A model generated the notes under the pieces. The model worked only from the letters and a program-made list of their open reading frames with translations, was not told the origin of the DNA and ran no database searches. DNA of 64,000 bases from Rhizophagus irregularis (lineage: Eukaryota), in NCBI RefSeq assembly GCF_026210795.1, contig NC_089429.1:5828001-5892000 (forward strand), read 5' to 3'. Within the stretch, counting starts at the first letter, position 1. Each line of letters begins with the position of its first letter. Shown in pieces: positions 26,370 to 38,763 of the stretch. A program made the position numbers and the translations under genes.

Positions 26370-27815
26370 ATCCTCAAAATTATAAACCTAACTGCACAAT
26401 ACCACCATCGCATAAAAAAGCAATATACCCGGTTTAACCTATCACAACTTTAAAAAACCTCGCCTATAATATATACAGAATCAGCAGACATCTGCTCTAG
26501 CAATAGAAAATGACCCTATAGCAACTAATTGTACCAATCCCAAAGAATTAATTATTCTACTCCAATAACTAAACAGTAACTATTATATACACGAATCTCA
26601 ACAAATTGCATTTCACATTAACGATCCGCTCAAAAAAAATCAAAGATTTACTCATACTTAGTATGGCGTTTCATTTACACTATCCAAAAAATTAAGAACT
26701 TACAAATATCCCTTATAAAGTTAAAGCGCATTTAAACGATATCAACAATAACACAACCGAAAGAATAAAAATAATCTTACGCCTATAACGGTATAGAAAT
26801 AGATAAATATACGCAAATGGATAAAATACGTTATTGCTTTACTTTCTGTTCTTTTCTCCATAACGCTAATATCAAACCCGGAACACCATTCAAGAAATTG
26901 ATTGGCCTTATACTGAACAATGACTGCACTATAATCACACGGATACAGTTTGTACTATGTAGTGAGAAATATAATAAAATTTGTGGCTTCAGAGATTTTG
27001 CCACCAAATACCAATGGGCAACATTCAAAAGCGCACTTATCCGGATTTATATCTACCCGTGGAGCAACGGAAGATAGTTTTTGCAGCAAACATTTAACCA
27101 CCATTAATAACCTGTTACTACATCACCTTACTGACTTCGTTGAGTCGTTTTAAGACCACGACTTACTCACGTTTGACATACATACTATGATTAATAACTC
27201 GCCACCTTTTCAATCTGTACAATCCCAGGAACACATAATTTACCTTCTATTGATTTCTAAAGAATCAACGTATCTAGTCGTCACATTTATTCGTAATCAT
27301 AAAACCAAGCAGCATGTCATTTTCCCTTTCATGAACACAATATAACCAAACTAGTTCGGGAGACACATAAGTGACATAACGAAGTCTCAAAAATGGAAAC
27401 TAACGTTCCATCAATGTTACTAAGAAAAAAAAGAAAAATTCTTAAAAAACAAACGACAATTGAAATCGATCTACACGAAATGGCTCTCGATAAATGAACC
27501 GACGCCCCACACAAATAACAGGTGTGACAACGAATCCTAATGTAAACTCGAATAACAAAGATTAGATCATGTATACATCCTCGAACTTCTTACATTCAGG
27601 CGCAACGGACCTCACATATTTCTTATATAAAGATTTTTAATTTTTTTTAATCCTAATAATATATATAGATTTAACTTCTTTTTTTCATTTACTTTTTTTT
27701 CTGTTTTGGACCTCCCTTCAAACAAATTTATACAAAGCTAACGGCCGCGCTACGCTAACATAAAATAACAGGCATGACGATTCCATTATTAGTGGTAGTA
27801 ATTTATGTCTAAATA
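26370..27815 (+). mobile_element. Decayed non-LTR retrotransposon 3' part (RNase H and C-terminal region)
   Basis: Broken frames read KVKAHLNDINNN (RNase H KVKAH..N), QEIDWPYTEQ*LHYN, HQIPMGNIQKRTYPDLY and YTSSNFLHSG. These motifs are recalled from Glomeromycotina RNase H-containing LINE ORF2. Numerous stops; boundaries approximate. Confidence 0.65.
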
Positions 27816-29074
27816 AACAATCATTCAACTTAGCGAGGAAAAAAGAAAAGAAAAATGCACTTGAAAATTTTTCTTTTATTGAAAATTGCAGGAAAGTCTA
27901 TTTACCATTATCACTATAATTTGGAGCATGAAAATTTTCTTTTTTTTTGGAAAAATGAAAGTGAAATTTTGCAGCATTTTGAAAAAGCTGTCAACCAGAT
28001 CTTAAAACGTGTGATCGACAAGGTATTTTTAAAAAAATTTAAAAAAATAGGACTTTGCGATGGACGATAACGTTAATTCGGCAAATAAATGAAAAGACCT
28101 TAAAATAACAACTTCTTACGATTATCTGGAACAAAGAAAATAATCCTAGACAAATATATTCGAAAAACAAACAAATGGTATGAAAAATTCCTCAAACACT
28201 CAAACCCAAAACACATACCACCATTGATCGGCAATCCTTAAAAGAGTGGATATTACAGCATAATCTTACAGAACGCATACCTAAGCAATATGAGTTCAAG
28301 ATTGAAACATATTACCCCATCATGGACCGGGTCATCGAAGTAGAAATGAATTCTCAATGTTCATCACACAGACAAACACTTATTTAATATTATTTCTAAA
28401 TACAAAATATTAATACTATCAATCCCTAACATACATGTATCTACCCGGTGAATATAATGGTCAACGGCTTAGTTCCAGCAGAATTCTATGGGTTCAGTGT
28501 CTAATTCGTCGTCTCAAATGATGGTGTAGGAGTTTGTCTCTGCGACTGTTCCTATAGGTTTTGAACCGATTTTTTGTTATGTCTCTTTGATGTTTCCATT
28601 TTTTAAAATGTTCGTTTATTTTTTCAAATCAGGGTATGCAGGTCCAAGTAAGAAAAGGTAGTAGTAACGTTTAATCTCGATAAAAGAAGATATGTGTGCC
28701 TTGAAAATCGAGGAACTTTTTTGAATATTTCAATCCTTATAATAAATCTCTCAACCAGATTGTACGACCTAACTAATTGGGTCATGTAGACATCATCTAA
28801 CGACCCATGGATTGATTTCACAATTTGATTTTGATCTTTCTCAGATTTATTCTTTTTCCCCATTTCTCTATCCCTATAAAAATTTTTTCAGAAAAATGAT
28901 CACGTGTCTGAATTTCTTCGGAATAAAAACTAGAAAAAGGATCATTTATCGGAGTTTTTCCGAGAATTTTTTTATAGGGTATATAGATTACCATTTATGT
29001 ATTGTATTATAGATATAATCTTGTTTATATCCTGTAGTACTACTTTATTTCTTTATTTATACACGAATCATATA

Positions 29075-29189
29075 TAGAGCTGCGACCCATTGGATCATAC
29101 CAAATCAAAAATAGTATTACCCGACTCCATAGCGGGTATTACGTAATATCCGGTATTATCCGGGTAAACAGGTAACGGGTCGCCGTATA
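29075..29189. mobile_element. Small degenerate MITE with imperfect TIRs
   Basis: Left end TAGAGCTGCGACCC; right end GGTAACGGGTCGCCGTATA, close to the reverse complement of TAGAGCTGCGACCCGTTACC at 16720. It lies about 210 bp upstream of the 29402 gene. Confidence 0.55.
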
Positions 29190-29401
29190 ACAAACATCAA
29201 ACTATTGTATTGTGCATAATGCGGCAATTACTATAAATGATCTACAGCAAAGCCATCACAAACCGGTTAAATCTTCTATTTGTTTTTATTTATGAATAGT
29301 AAATCAGATTCTTATTGAGATTTTCACGAATATATAAAGATCACCATGTTTCCTTGCTAAAACATAAACTTTCAATTTTTTATTTGCTGGGTTAATATAA
29401 A

Positions 29402-30367
29402 ATGACAACGGGAGAAGATTCATTAACAAAATTGATACGCACGTTACAAGATCCTGCGCCTCAGTATGTGTTAGGTTGCATACCGGCTATTGCAACAATT
29501 GGAGCAGCACCAGATAAAGGTTTAACGAATAAGTTATTATGGATATTACGGTGTCTTGGTTGTCCGTTTACCGGATTGTTTTACGCCTGTGGCATATGTA
29601 ATGATCCAATAACAATGAGTACATACTGGCTCACATCAGAGCATTTTATGAAAGATGGGAAGAAACTTCCCTACAGACCTTTTGGTCATTATCATACTAT
29701 CAAAATAGCAGATGAACAGGCAGAAGTTATTAAATTACTCAAAGAATGTATAGCAGAATCTTCTGCATTAGATAGACTTAGTTCGTTGGCCTCAGCGTAC
29801 TATATACTCCTTGGTATATTTTCAGGGTTAACCAAGGCGATACGTATAGGACCATGTACTGGAGAGGATTGGCCATATCTACCACTAGCATTAGCCTGGA
29901 CATTTCCAGCAATTTATAAGAGAGTATCCGGAGGAAGAATGGTAGTAAAGGATCCTAGAGATAGGTTAAAAGATATGCACGTTGTTGTGCATGACTTAAA
30001 TTTCCACGAAAGTCATAAAAGAAGTGCCCAAGTTGCTCAAATTATGATAATCCTTTTATTCTCAATAGTAATTCCTTGGACGTCAGTACTTCTTTCCTAT
30101 TTTACCCGTCCAATAGGATATGGCTGCAGGGGCAAATATCTCACAATATTGTCTTCTATTTGGACATTCAATAGCTTTATTGCATATATATCTCATATTT
30201 TAGGAGAAAAATCTATAGAGGGTAATATATTCATTCATGGATGGTTTTGCCTTTGTGGCGTTATAATATCTATTCTTTTGTTTTTACTAGGTCTGCTAAG
30301 CCATACACGATCATGGTGGACAGATCTATTCGGAAAAAATTGTGACGTTACGTGTATTGATACATAG
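29402..30367 (+). CDS. Uncharacterised multi-pass membrane protein, 321 aa, intronless
   Basis: Long uninterrupted ORF, less AT-rich than its flanks, with a TATATAAA at 29331. Several hydrophobic segments (YYILLGIFSGL, YLPLALAWTFPA, IMIILLFSIVIPWTSVLLSYF, YLTILSSIWTFNSFIAYI, WFCLCGVIISILLFLLGLLS). No named domain recognised. Confidence 0.85.
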   Translation: MTTGEDSLTKLIRTLQDPAPQYVLGCIPAIATIGAAPDKGLTNKLLWILRCLGCPFTGLFYACGICNDPITMSTYWLTSEHFMKDGKKLPYRPFGHYHTIKIADEQAEVIKLLKECIAESSALDRLSSLASAYYILLGIFSGLTKAIRIGPCTGEDWPYLPLALAWTFPAIYKRVSGGRMVVKDPRDRLKDMHVVVHDLNFHESHKRSAQVAQIMIILLFSIVIPWTSVLLSYFTRPIGYGCRGKYLTILSSIWTFNSFIAYISHILGEKSIEGNIFIHGWFCLCGVIISILLFLLGLLSHTRSWWTDLFGKNCDVTCIDT

Positions 30368-30879
30368 ATCATATCACATACACAAATAATTTAACTAGTG
30401 ACATAGCATGTGTAATTGTTTCACTGCTTATTTTTTATTAATAATTTGGATGAATGTATTAGTAATGTATAAACCATGGAAAAAATCAAAATCTATCCTT
30501 ATAATTAATAAATAATAAGATCCGTTTTAGTTTTTAAAATTTAGAATAGTAAGACAACCAACAAGATAAACTTGTATATAGAACAGCAGTGAAAAAAAGA
30601 TGTTGATTCTTGTTTAAACATGTATAATTTTTAGGGCGTTAGTTTCGTCATATCGACCTAATCACGCGACTTTTACTTAATTCTTATTGAATAAAATAAA
30701 TAAAATAATAAATAAATAAAAATTAAATTGTTTTCCTGCTTCTGTTAATTTTCAGCAACTCCCACTGTGTAAACCTTCACTATTGACAAAAGAATTACAT
30801 TTATATATTCAATTTAATATTTCTTTTTTACCACATATAGATACGTATATTTCAATAATGGATACCTTATAGCACCGAA

Positions 30880-31560
30880 CGTGAATGACCTAAACTCCAT
30901 CAAGAAAAAAAGTTTGATCTTTATGGATCAAATTTCGTCAATAGATGGTTCATATCTTTTAACATAGAACGAAATCAAGAACCAATCACAAAATAACTTT
31001 AAAGGTCGTACGTCGAATTGGTTTACGGAGTTATAACAACAGGCTACTTTATCTCAACATAATCGACGCCTTATCAACCCTTTACAAACACCTTCGATTA
31101 CCAACTTACACTATGATATACCTCCAGATTTTTGTTTTTGGCCAAAAACGAATGGACGGTAATTGAATCGATCGAATAGGTTAACGATCCTTTTGCGCTT
31201 AGTATAACTTATAGAGACATTTTTATTTATATGCCATTTCCCGAGGAGGCTACTTGTTTGACTCCAAGAAATTTCACACCGGTTGCAAAGGATGTCAACT
31301 ACATATCGCGATTTACGTCACCATGTTCTCTTATCGAATTCTCTATTCACTCTAAAAATTCAAACCTAAAGCACATATTCCTAAGCAGCGACTTAAAATA
31401 GACTTACCGTTAATTACATACAAAGGAAATACCACTTTCAACCATAGCAGAAGGATTAACCATTGCCACAGCTTTAATTTCCTAATAATAAGTCACGTGA
31501 TAATATTTACCGACTCTGCTAATAGTATCTCGATATATCACTACGTTTCTAACCCGCTTA
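30880..31560 (+). mobile_element. Decayed non-LTR retrotransposon fragment (post-RT linker and RNase H)
   Basis: Frames read MDQISSIDGSYLLT*NEIKNQSQNNFKGRTSNWFTEL, LTPR..CKGCQLH and STIAEGLTIATALI..SHVIIFTDSANSI (RNase H AE..A and TDS motifs). Confidence 0.65.
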
Positions 31561-31569
31561 CCTCTAAGA

Positions 31570-32100
31570 GAAGAACTTTGAAAATTAATAACCATCTCAC
31601 CCCATCATCTTTTCCATGCTTTCCATCATCCAATACATTCTATGTCACTGTAAGTTATTATCCATTGCTCTAAAAATGTCCCTAATTTTTCAATTATATT
31701 GATTAACGAGTTATCCGCTATTATATTGATTACATTTCTTCTTTAACTAATAAAAGGGATAAATTATTATTCCTTGCAACATTGCTTTAGTTTGTCTGCT
31801 TCTTTTATTACCATTTCCTATACAATCCGTATCTCGTTTTCTTTACTAACTGATATATTCATATACTTATTTTTCTTTATATTTGATTGACGTCCTTTAC
31901 AGTTGATTAAGTTTGAAAAGTCGTTTCCATTTGATTTGGTCGACTACAAGATGAATACCTATATTCTTATAACATGTACTTTTTGACTTCTTTTTGTATT
32001 TACTAAAAATTATATTATCTTCTTCGTTCCATGTTATTATTTTATTGACGTCGTTTGACGTGTATATACTGTATTTATTTTTTAAATCTGTATACACAGT
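31570..32100 (-). mobile_element. Possible second LINE-derived fragment on the opposite strand
   Basis: KIITWNEEDNIIFSKYKKKSKSTCYKNIGIHLV resembles, from memory, a region of Glomeromycotina non-LTR ORF2. Short and degenerate. Confidence 0.3.
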
Positions 32101-33401
32101 GTATCGAACCCAAAGTTAAAAAAAATCACTCAATATTCACGTAATAATAATTTTAAATGCTTTTACCTTCGCCATAATGCTACCGTTACCATCTTCATAT
32201 TTCCTCAATAAATTACCCGAGGTACGATACAATTGCAAAATAAATGGATAAATAACTAAGTGATAGTTACAAAAAAAAATGGAAATCTCAATTGGATCAA
32301 AATGATCGTAGAATAAAAAATAAGTCGTATGTTTTTCCTAATCTGGCTTTTGTGTGTTGTTCTACAGTTCTTTTTATTATAAAACTATAAGTTTCCGCGA
32401 AGTTCTCTGTTAAACTCTGCTTAATTCTTAATTATCTTTAGACCTCCGTAGAGAAATAGTGTTAGATTAATACTTATATTTAGATTATGACACCCGCCCG
32501 ATCTCCTTAAGAACACATGTATAAATTTTTTGAAAATTTTTTTGTAATTGTAATACGAAATCGTCAAGGTGGCCATCTTGAGGTTTAATATAAATAAACC
32601 TGTTGTAAAAGAACCGCCCTAAACATGTCAATATAATAAAAAAAAATTTATTATGACGACCGGATTTTCTACATTTTATTATACCATATTAAAAGAAATA
32701 TAACGAGAGTTTCATTTAGAGAGTATATATTGTCCGTCCGCATAATGAAATAATGAATTATGGCGAAGTATGAAATCTCATTACAATGACATGGCTTTTA
32801 GGGGATTATCGTTGTGAGCAAAAAAAAAAATTAGAACTAAAAAAAAAGGATTATAAATACCTATTGTTGATTGTTCCTTTCTCTGTGCATGCACTTTTGT
32901 ATTCCACATACTTCTGATTCATTTTCACACAGTCGAGAATGATTAGTTTAATCTTTATATTCGACAATAAAAATTAGTAATTACGAGATATTTCATTGAG
33001 TTTAAGAACTACTATAATATTTTCGAATGTGAAAATTCCGAAATACAAAATCCCGAGAAACGTAGCTGAAGTAGGATTAGGATATTCATTACATTCATTA
33101 CATTCATGTGAATACAAGATTTTGAAAGCGCGGAAATAATATTATTAGTATAAATAAAATAATTATTTATTAGTATGATTTATATCATGTAAATGATCTA
33201 GGGATACATAAATAACACTAATAAAATTTACTAAAAACAAACTACGTCTAAATGGTGTTAAACCAAAAAAACAAAGGTATATTATTATTATTGAGATTAA
33301 GAAGGAAATAGAAAAGAGAAAGTCATATTTATTTTGAATCGTTAACCCTCTAATATAAAGTATATAATTAAGTATGTGAATTTCTAAGGGTTTTCCATTA
33401 T

Positions 33402-33710
33402 TTAACACCGACCGCCGACACGAGGAATGCGAGCACCAATTCCGATTTTGCATGCCAGGTTACAACAAGACAGCTTAGGAGCTTTGCAAAGTAGATCAGG
33501 ACATCTACCACGACAAGAATTAGCACGACACTTTGCAACAAGAGAGGCGCCAAATCTCCTAGCAAGATTGATAAGAATAGCAGGCAAAAATTTGGCTTCA
33601 ACATCTTTCTCATCATTCCCTTTACGTTTTACTAAATGATCGTCAAGTGCTAAAGTAACAGTAGCAAAAATAGCCAAGATGAAGAAAAGGTAGAAAAGCT
33701 TGAATTTCAT
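33402..33710 (-). CDS. Small secreted cysteine-rich cationic prepropeptide (102 aa); candidate antimicrobial peptide or effector
   Basis: Signal peptide MKFKLFYLFFILAIFATVTLA; pro-segment LDDHLVKRKGNDEKDVEAK with a Kex2-type KR. The C-terminal 62 aa carry 8 Cys (CX4CX3CX4CX6CCX3CX14C), 12 K/R and 1 D. Single intact exon, A-rich start context, GC well above the flanks. Confidence 0.88.
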   Translation of the reverse strand: MKFKLFYLFFILAIFATVTLALDDHLVKRKGNDEKDVEAKFLPAILINLARRFGASLVAKCRANSCRGRCPDLLCKAPKLSCCNLACKIGIGARIPRVGGRC

Positions 33711-33756
33711 TTTGATTTTTGATTTTTTGATTTTTTTACAAAGGAATGTTCTTTCA

Positions 33757-33884
33757 AGTCGTGTGGAATTGAGGGGTATATATTTGAAAGGTCGTCTTTT
33801 TTTCAGACAACTTTTTTGATTTTTAATCGTTCTAGTCGTGTAGAATTGAGGGTATATTTATAACAAATTTGAAAAGTTGTCTTT
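33757..33884 (-). promoter_or_regulatory. Duplicated core-promoter segment with a TATA-like box upstream of the peptide gene
   Basis: AGTCGTGT.GAATTGAGGG.TATA..TTTGAAA.GT.GTCTTT occurs at 33757 and 33834. Minus-strand TATAAATA at 33855-33862, about 145 bp upstream of the ATG. Confidence 0.4.
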
Positions 33885-34205
33885 ATTCTACATTTAAATT
33901 CAAAGAATGATTCAAAGAATATTCCACAATTTTTATTTTTCGTGTAATAAATCTTTGATAATCTTTAGAGATATGTTTTTTAATTGTATGTAATACAATA
34001 ATATTAATTTGATATAAATCACATTCGAACTAAGCAATTAAGGAGTTTAAATGTGGTTTTCATTGCTCATTTATAGTTATTGGTCAATTTTTTTTTAATT
34101 TAAACTAATGACACATTGTAATATTAATAAGGACGATCTGCAAAAATATGGTTTCGATTGGGAATTTTCGATCGATCAAACAGACCGGGTTGTTCACGTT
34201 ACACC

Positions 34206-34718
34206 TAGAGCTTTTCACTTGATTATCCTATGAATAATTTAGGACAATTCGTTGGAGAAATTTGAATTCCGGATATCCTATGATATTAGAACAAATTATT
34301 CCAGAATAATTCGGATTATCATAGGATAAAATATGATGAAATCATTAGAGTCATTTAGATTTAATTTATAGATATTTAATCACCTCTCTATTAAAAAATT
34401 TAAAAGTAGAGTAGTAAATTTAATACTTGAATCTATAAACTTTATTAAAATTCAAATTTTAACATAATGAAATACAAAAAAAAAATATAAACTTAACTAA
34501 TGTTTTAGGACTTTATTCAAATTTTTGCAGACACTTGTGATCATTCTAAATCTAGAATCTAGATATTAAGCGGATTATCCTGGATTATCCGTAAGGATTC
34601 ATAGGATTATTCATAAATCAGGATATCCGTTTTAAAATTAACTGGATACAGTTAGGATAACAGATAATAGGATTATTCGGATAAATCCTAGGATATTATC
34701 CGTTCAAGGAAAGCTCTA
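34206..34718. mobile_element. hAT-type MITE, 513 bp, with an 8-bp TSD
   Basis: TIRs TAGAGCTTTTCACTTGA / TCAAGGAAAGCTCTA. Perfect target-site duplication GTTACACC at 34198-34205 and 34719-34726. Many subterminal GGATA/TATCC motifs. Confidence 0.9.
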
Positions 34719-36257
34719 GTTACACCAACCAATAAACGCGATCAAAAAGAACGATCGAACATTTTTGAACTGGTCTAGTAGGCCAATGTTTACCTCAAAA
34801 TTGACTAGTGGACCATTGTTTGCCTCAAAATTGATTCGCATCACATTCTGCAATATATGACCGCATATTTGTTTGATTTTTATCCTACCTTTTACTATAC
34901 TAAATAAAATTATATGCATAAATATTTTCAACGATAAAAATAAATCCCACATACATTAAAAAGGAAAAAATAAAATAAAAAGATAAAAAATAGGCATTGA
35001 CACAGCGTTTCACAGTAAACATCACCAAATTTGTTTAGTTATATAATAGATGATTGATTTTATTTTTATACTTTTTGTTTATATGTTTATACTCTGTTTT
35101 AAAAATGATTAGAAATTTATTACTAATTAAATTGGATTTATCCCAAAATAATACAATAAGCAGCCTAAAGAGCGTGAAAAAATGTTATTTTCGGAACACC
35201 CAAAAACGGATGTATAATGATCGAGATCATGTAATGCAAGTGATCTGCTTCCAATATTAAAATGTCACTTTCACGTGATTTGTGATGTCGATCATTTCAG
35301 TTACATTAACAGTTAACGACAAAAAAGTAAAACAAATCAATAAAATTATAAATCTTTTTTATTAATGTAATATAACTTTATAATGCATATTATATGTATT
35401 GCTATTATAATCTTTCCAAGTACTAAGTATTGTATGTCGCTTACTAACTTTCAATATCTTAATATCTTTTATCATTTTTTTCAAAGGTTAAAATTTTTAA
35501 CTTTTTTAACCATTCAATATTCCCGGCATCCTTTTGCTCCTTAAGGATTTTCGATATAGATTCAATTATTTGAATAAATTCATCAAAAGAAGGTTTTTTT
35601 TATCTACCTCTACATCATCTTTATTATTGATTGCATGCGTTATTGTTGTATTTTGTGCCAAATGTTCCGTTGTTACTAAGCGCTCATTTTCATTTGGAAT
35701 TATCAAAGAAGGGTAAGTATGATTACGCTTAACTAAATGGAAAAAATTCGTATCTAATGTATTACCATAAAAATGAATCAGATGTTTACAGATCATGAAC
35801 GATTTTTGTAAGATAATATGAGTCCACAAATCCATTTAGTTACATCTGTTCCATAATTATTATTTTGTATAGAGTTTGAAGCTAAATTTTTCTACTCTGC
35901 TTTAAATTGTTTTTCCAATCAGGTGACCTCCCGTCCACAAAGAATTTGTTGAAGCTTTTCGATTAGTACGTGAAGTCACCTGACGATTTTTATTAGATAG
36001 CCTGCACGCGTTACATGTTTTTTTTCCATCAAAAAAGTCAAGAGAGTACGAGAGTACGTTTTTAAACATCCAGAACATGATTTTACTAGATTGCTTGAAT
36101 CCATGATTTTATTAAACTTTGGTAAATGGAGAAAAAGAGTAAAATGGAATACATATTGTATTAATAAAATTTATTATAATATACATTATATACATTTTAG
36201 AAATGATCGACATCAAAAATAAAATTTCTGATCTGCGGGACAATGTGCATAATTTCT

Positions 36258-36410
36258 ATGCCGATAGGTGTGAATCCTTCTAATGTAACGGAGCAAATTC
36301 ATATTAATTAAATAGAAATAATGTTACTGAATTTGCAGAAACGCTTGATCTTCACTGGTAAATAATTGAGAGACGAAGACAAGACATTACAATAGTTATT
36401 CGGTATTTTT
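36258..36410 (+). pseudogene. Degenerate ubiquitin-like domain fragment
   Basis: Reads MPIGVNPSNVTEQ..LQKRLIFTGK*LRDEDKTL, compared with ubiquitin VEPSDTIE..QQRLIFAGKQLEDGRTL. In-frame stops. Confidence 0.4.
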
Positions 36411-38332
36411 AATTTACGTAGGATTTTGACACATCAATCCGTTGGGAATTGGGATCTCTAATATCCAATTTTTTTACAAGCTTGTAATAATTTGTCGCAA
36501 ATGCTTAATGATCTTTAAGAGTACAATTATTATTCTATTTTCATATAAAAAAATTAATTTCTTATCATTAAACAATACTCTCAAAATATGAGCCACGATA
36601 CTTTGAAGTTCACTGAGATAACGACTCAATTTAGGAATAAAAATAAAATTTCCCTTAGTAAAAAAACTTCATTTTTCCGTCGTCTAAAATTTTTTTATTA
36701 TATAAATTAAACATTGTAAATTTATATACAGTATTAAAATTGACTAATTAAATTCAATGCGCGTAAAGCATGAATAAAGACCTATCGTTTAGATACATAA
36801 ACCTTCATCTACAGCAAACTCTTCCAATAACTCGAAAGAAATAATCATCAAGATACAACTGGAATAACTACTTTTAAAGTTTATTACACAGAGTACTTCA
36901 AACCACTACTTCCCATTTTCTTAAACAAATATTTTTTAGATTATTTTCATAATAAAAAAAATGATTTTAACTTCAACCCATCCCCATGAAGAAAATCTTG
37001 CACATAATCTTAACCTAAACACCTTCATTATACATTACTCTCAATTCATATGCTTTCCTAATTCTCTTAACTATACAAAAAAAAGAAAAAAATACATCGA
37101 ATAATAATTCCCGTTACACATCAAACACGCTTAGCCTCAATTTCATCAATAAGGAATTTACGTTCCTTCTATATCACGACCAAAAATAAATATATCACGT
37201 CCTACACTAAGATAACTATAATAATAATATAAATATATAAATATATAAATCCATTTAGTTTAAATTAAATAATTAAATAATTAAATAATAAAGCTAGTAA
37301 AAATCCTTTCATACCTGGATGTATTTCTTTATTATGATTTAAATATTGTTGTAAATTAGATGAAAAAAAGCTCAACAGTATATGCTGCCAAATCATCCAT
37401 TATTTTTTAAACATTGGTGATTGATTAGTTAAAGAAACTTGAATATTGAATTGTTGTTGTGCCAAATGAGCAGTCATGGCAGCAATTACGTAGCATTTTT
37501 AGGATCCTGAACACGTACTACTAAGTTAATTTGTCCAAAGATTGAGCATAAAAGTGAATATTCAAATTGTCTTCATGCTATTAATAGCATTTGTTGTTAA
37601 AATAGAATTCAGCCATATCACTATCTGATCAAGCTGTGAAGCGATTACTATAATAAATCTAATTAATAATTAGAATAATTGCTACTGACGGAATTTTGGT
37701 ATAAGAATAATAATTTATAATCTACAAATAATATAAATTATTAGAGCTAATCATCAATAAAGTATATTGAAAATTTAACTTAATTGTAAATAACAACGAA
37801 GCCTCAAATCATAAATTTACATAATTGGTCTACTCTATTATTTGTTTTATCATATTCTCATCCGATTAAATCATAATAACAATAATGTAGAGAAATGAGA
37901 AAAATTTTCTATACAAAAAAAAACCCACGTTATCCTTGCGAAATCTCATCAGACTTTTTAATTCACATTCTTGTAACTTTTTACCAAGCAAAAAATACAT
38001 TCCTTTAAAACTATTTCAATGTCATTATTTCGTTCCTCTTGTTGTGTTAATACGTCATTCATTTCAACTACCAAAAGTGAAAAAAGTATTTCTTTTCCAT
38101 ATTCAACTAATTACGTTATGTCGATAGAAATAGCATCAAATAGCTGATTAAGAGTTGTATTATTAGGCTTATGAATGTGATATCATTACAGCAAGGTGAA
38201 AGTATGTAAAAGAGAAAAAATAAATCGGCTAAATTAATTTTTCTAACTTGTCACGAGAACCAATCTCCTGTGATCCAACTGATCCATGCATTTTTTTGTG
38301 TGTGTCTAATGACACACGTTTGCTAGTTCTCT

Positions 38333-38763
38333 TACGAACACAGAAACAACCATTGAAAATCAGTCATCAGTAGGATATGAAGAACCAACAATTGAAAATC
38401 AGTCGGATATTACGAACGCAGAACCAAAAACTGAAAATCAGTCGGAAATTACGAACGCAGAACCAACCATTGATAATCAGTCGGATATTACGAACGCAGA
38501 ACCAAAAAAATCAGTCGGAAATTACGAACGCAGAACCAACCATTGATAATCAGTCGGATATTACGAACGCAGAACCAAACAATTGAAAATCAGTAGGATA
38601 TTACGAACGAAGAACCATACAACTGAAAATCAGTCGGAAATTACGAACGCAGAACCAACAACTGAAAATCAGTCGGAAATTACGAACGCAGAACCAACCA
38701 TTGATAATCGGTCGGATATTACGAACGCAGAACTAACAATAATCAGTCGGACAGTCGGATATT
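38333..38763. repeat. 39-bp minisatellite, about 11 copies
   Basis: Unit TACGAACGCAGAACCAAC(C/A)A(T/C)TGA(T/A)AATCAGTCGGA(T/A)AT with small indels. It is followed about 15 bp later by GAAAGCTCTA, the same terminus as the 34206-34718 MITE. Confidence 0.95.

Noticed and set aside
33163..33639. Overlapping ORFs 33427-33639 (+), 33398-33616 (-) and 33163-33453 (-)
   Set aside because: Shadow frames of the GC-richer peptide gene, with no coherent protein features.
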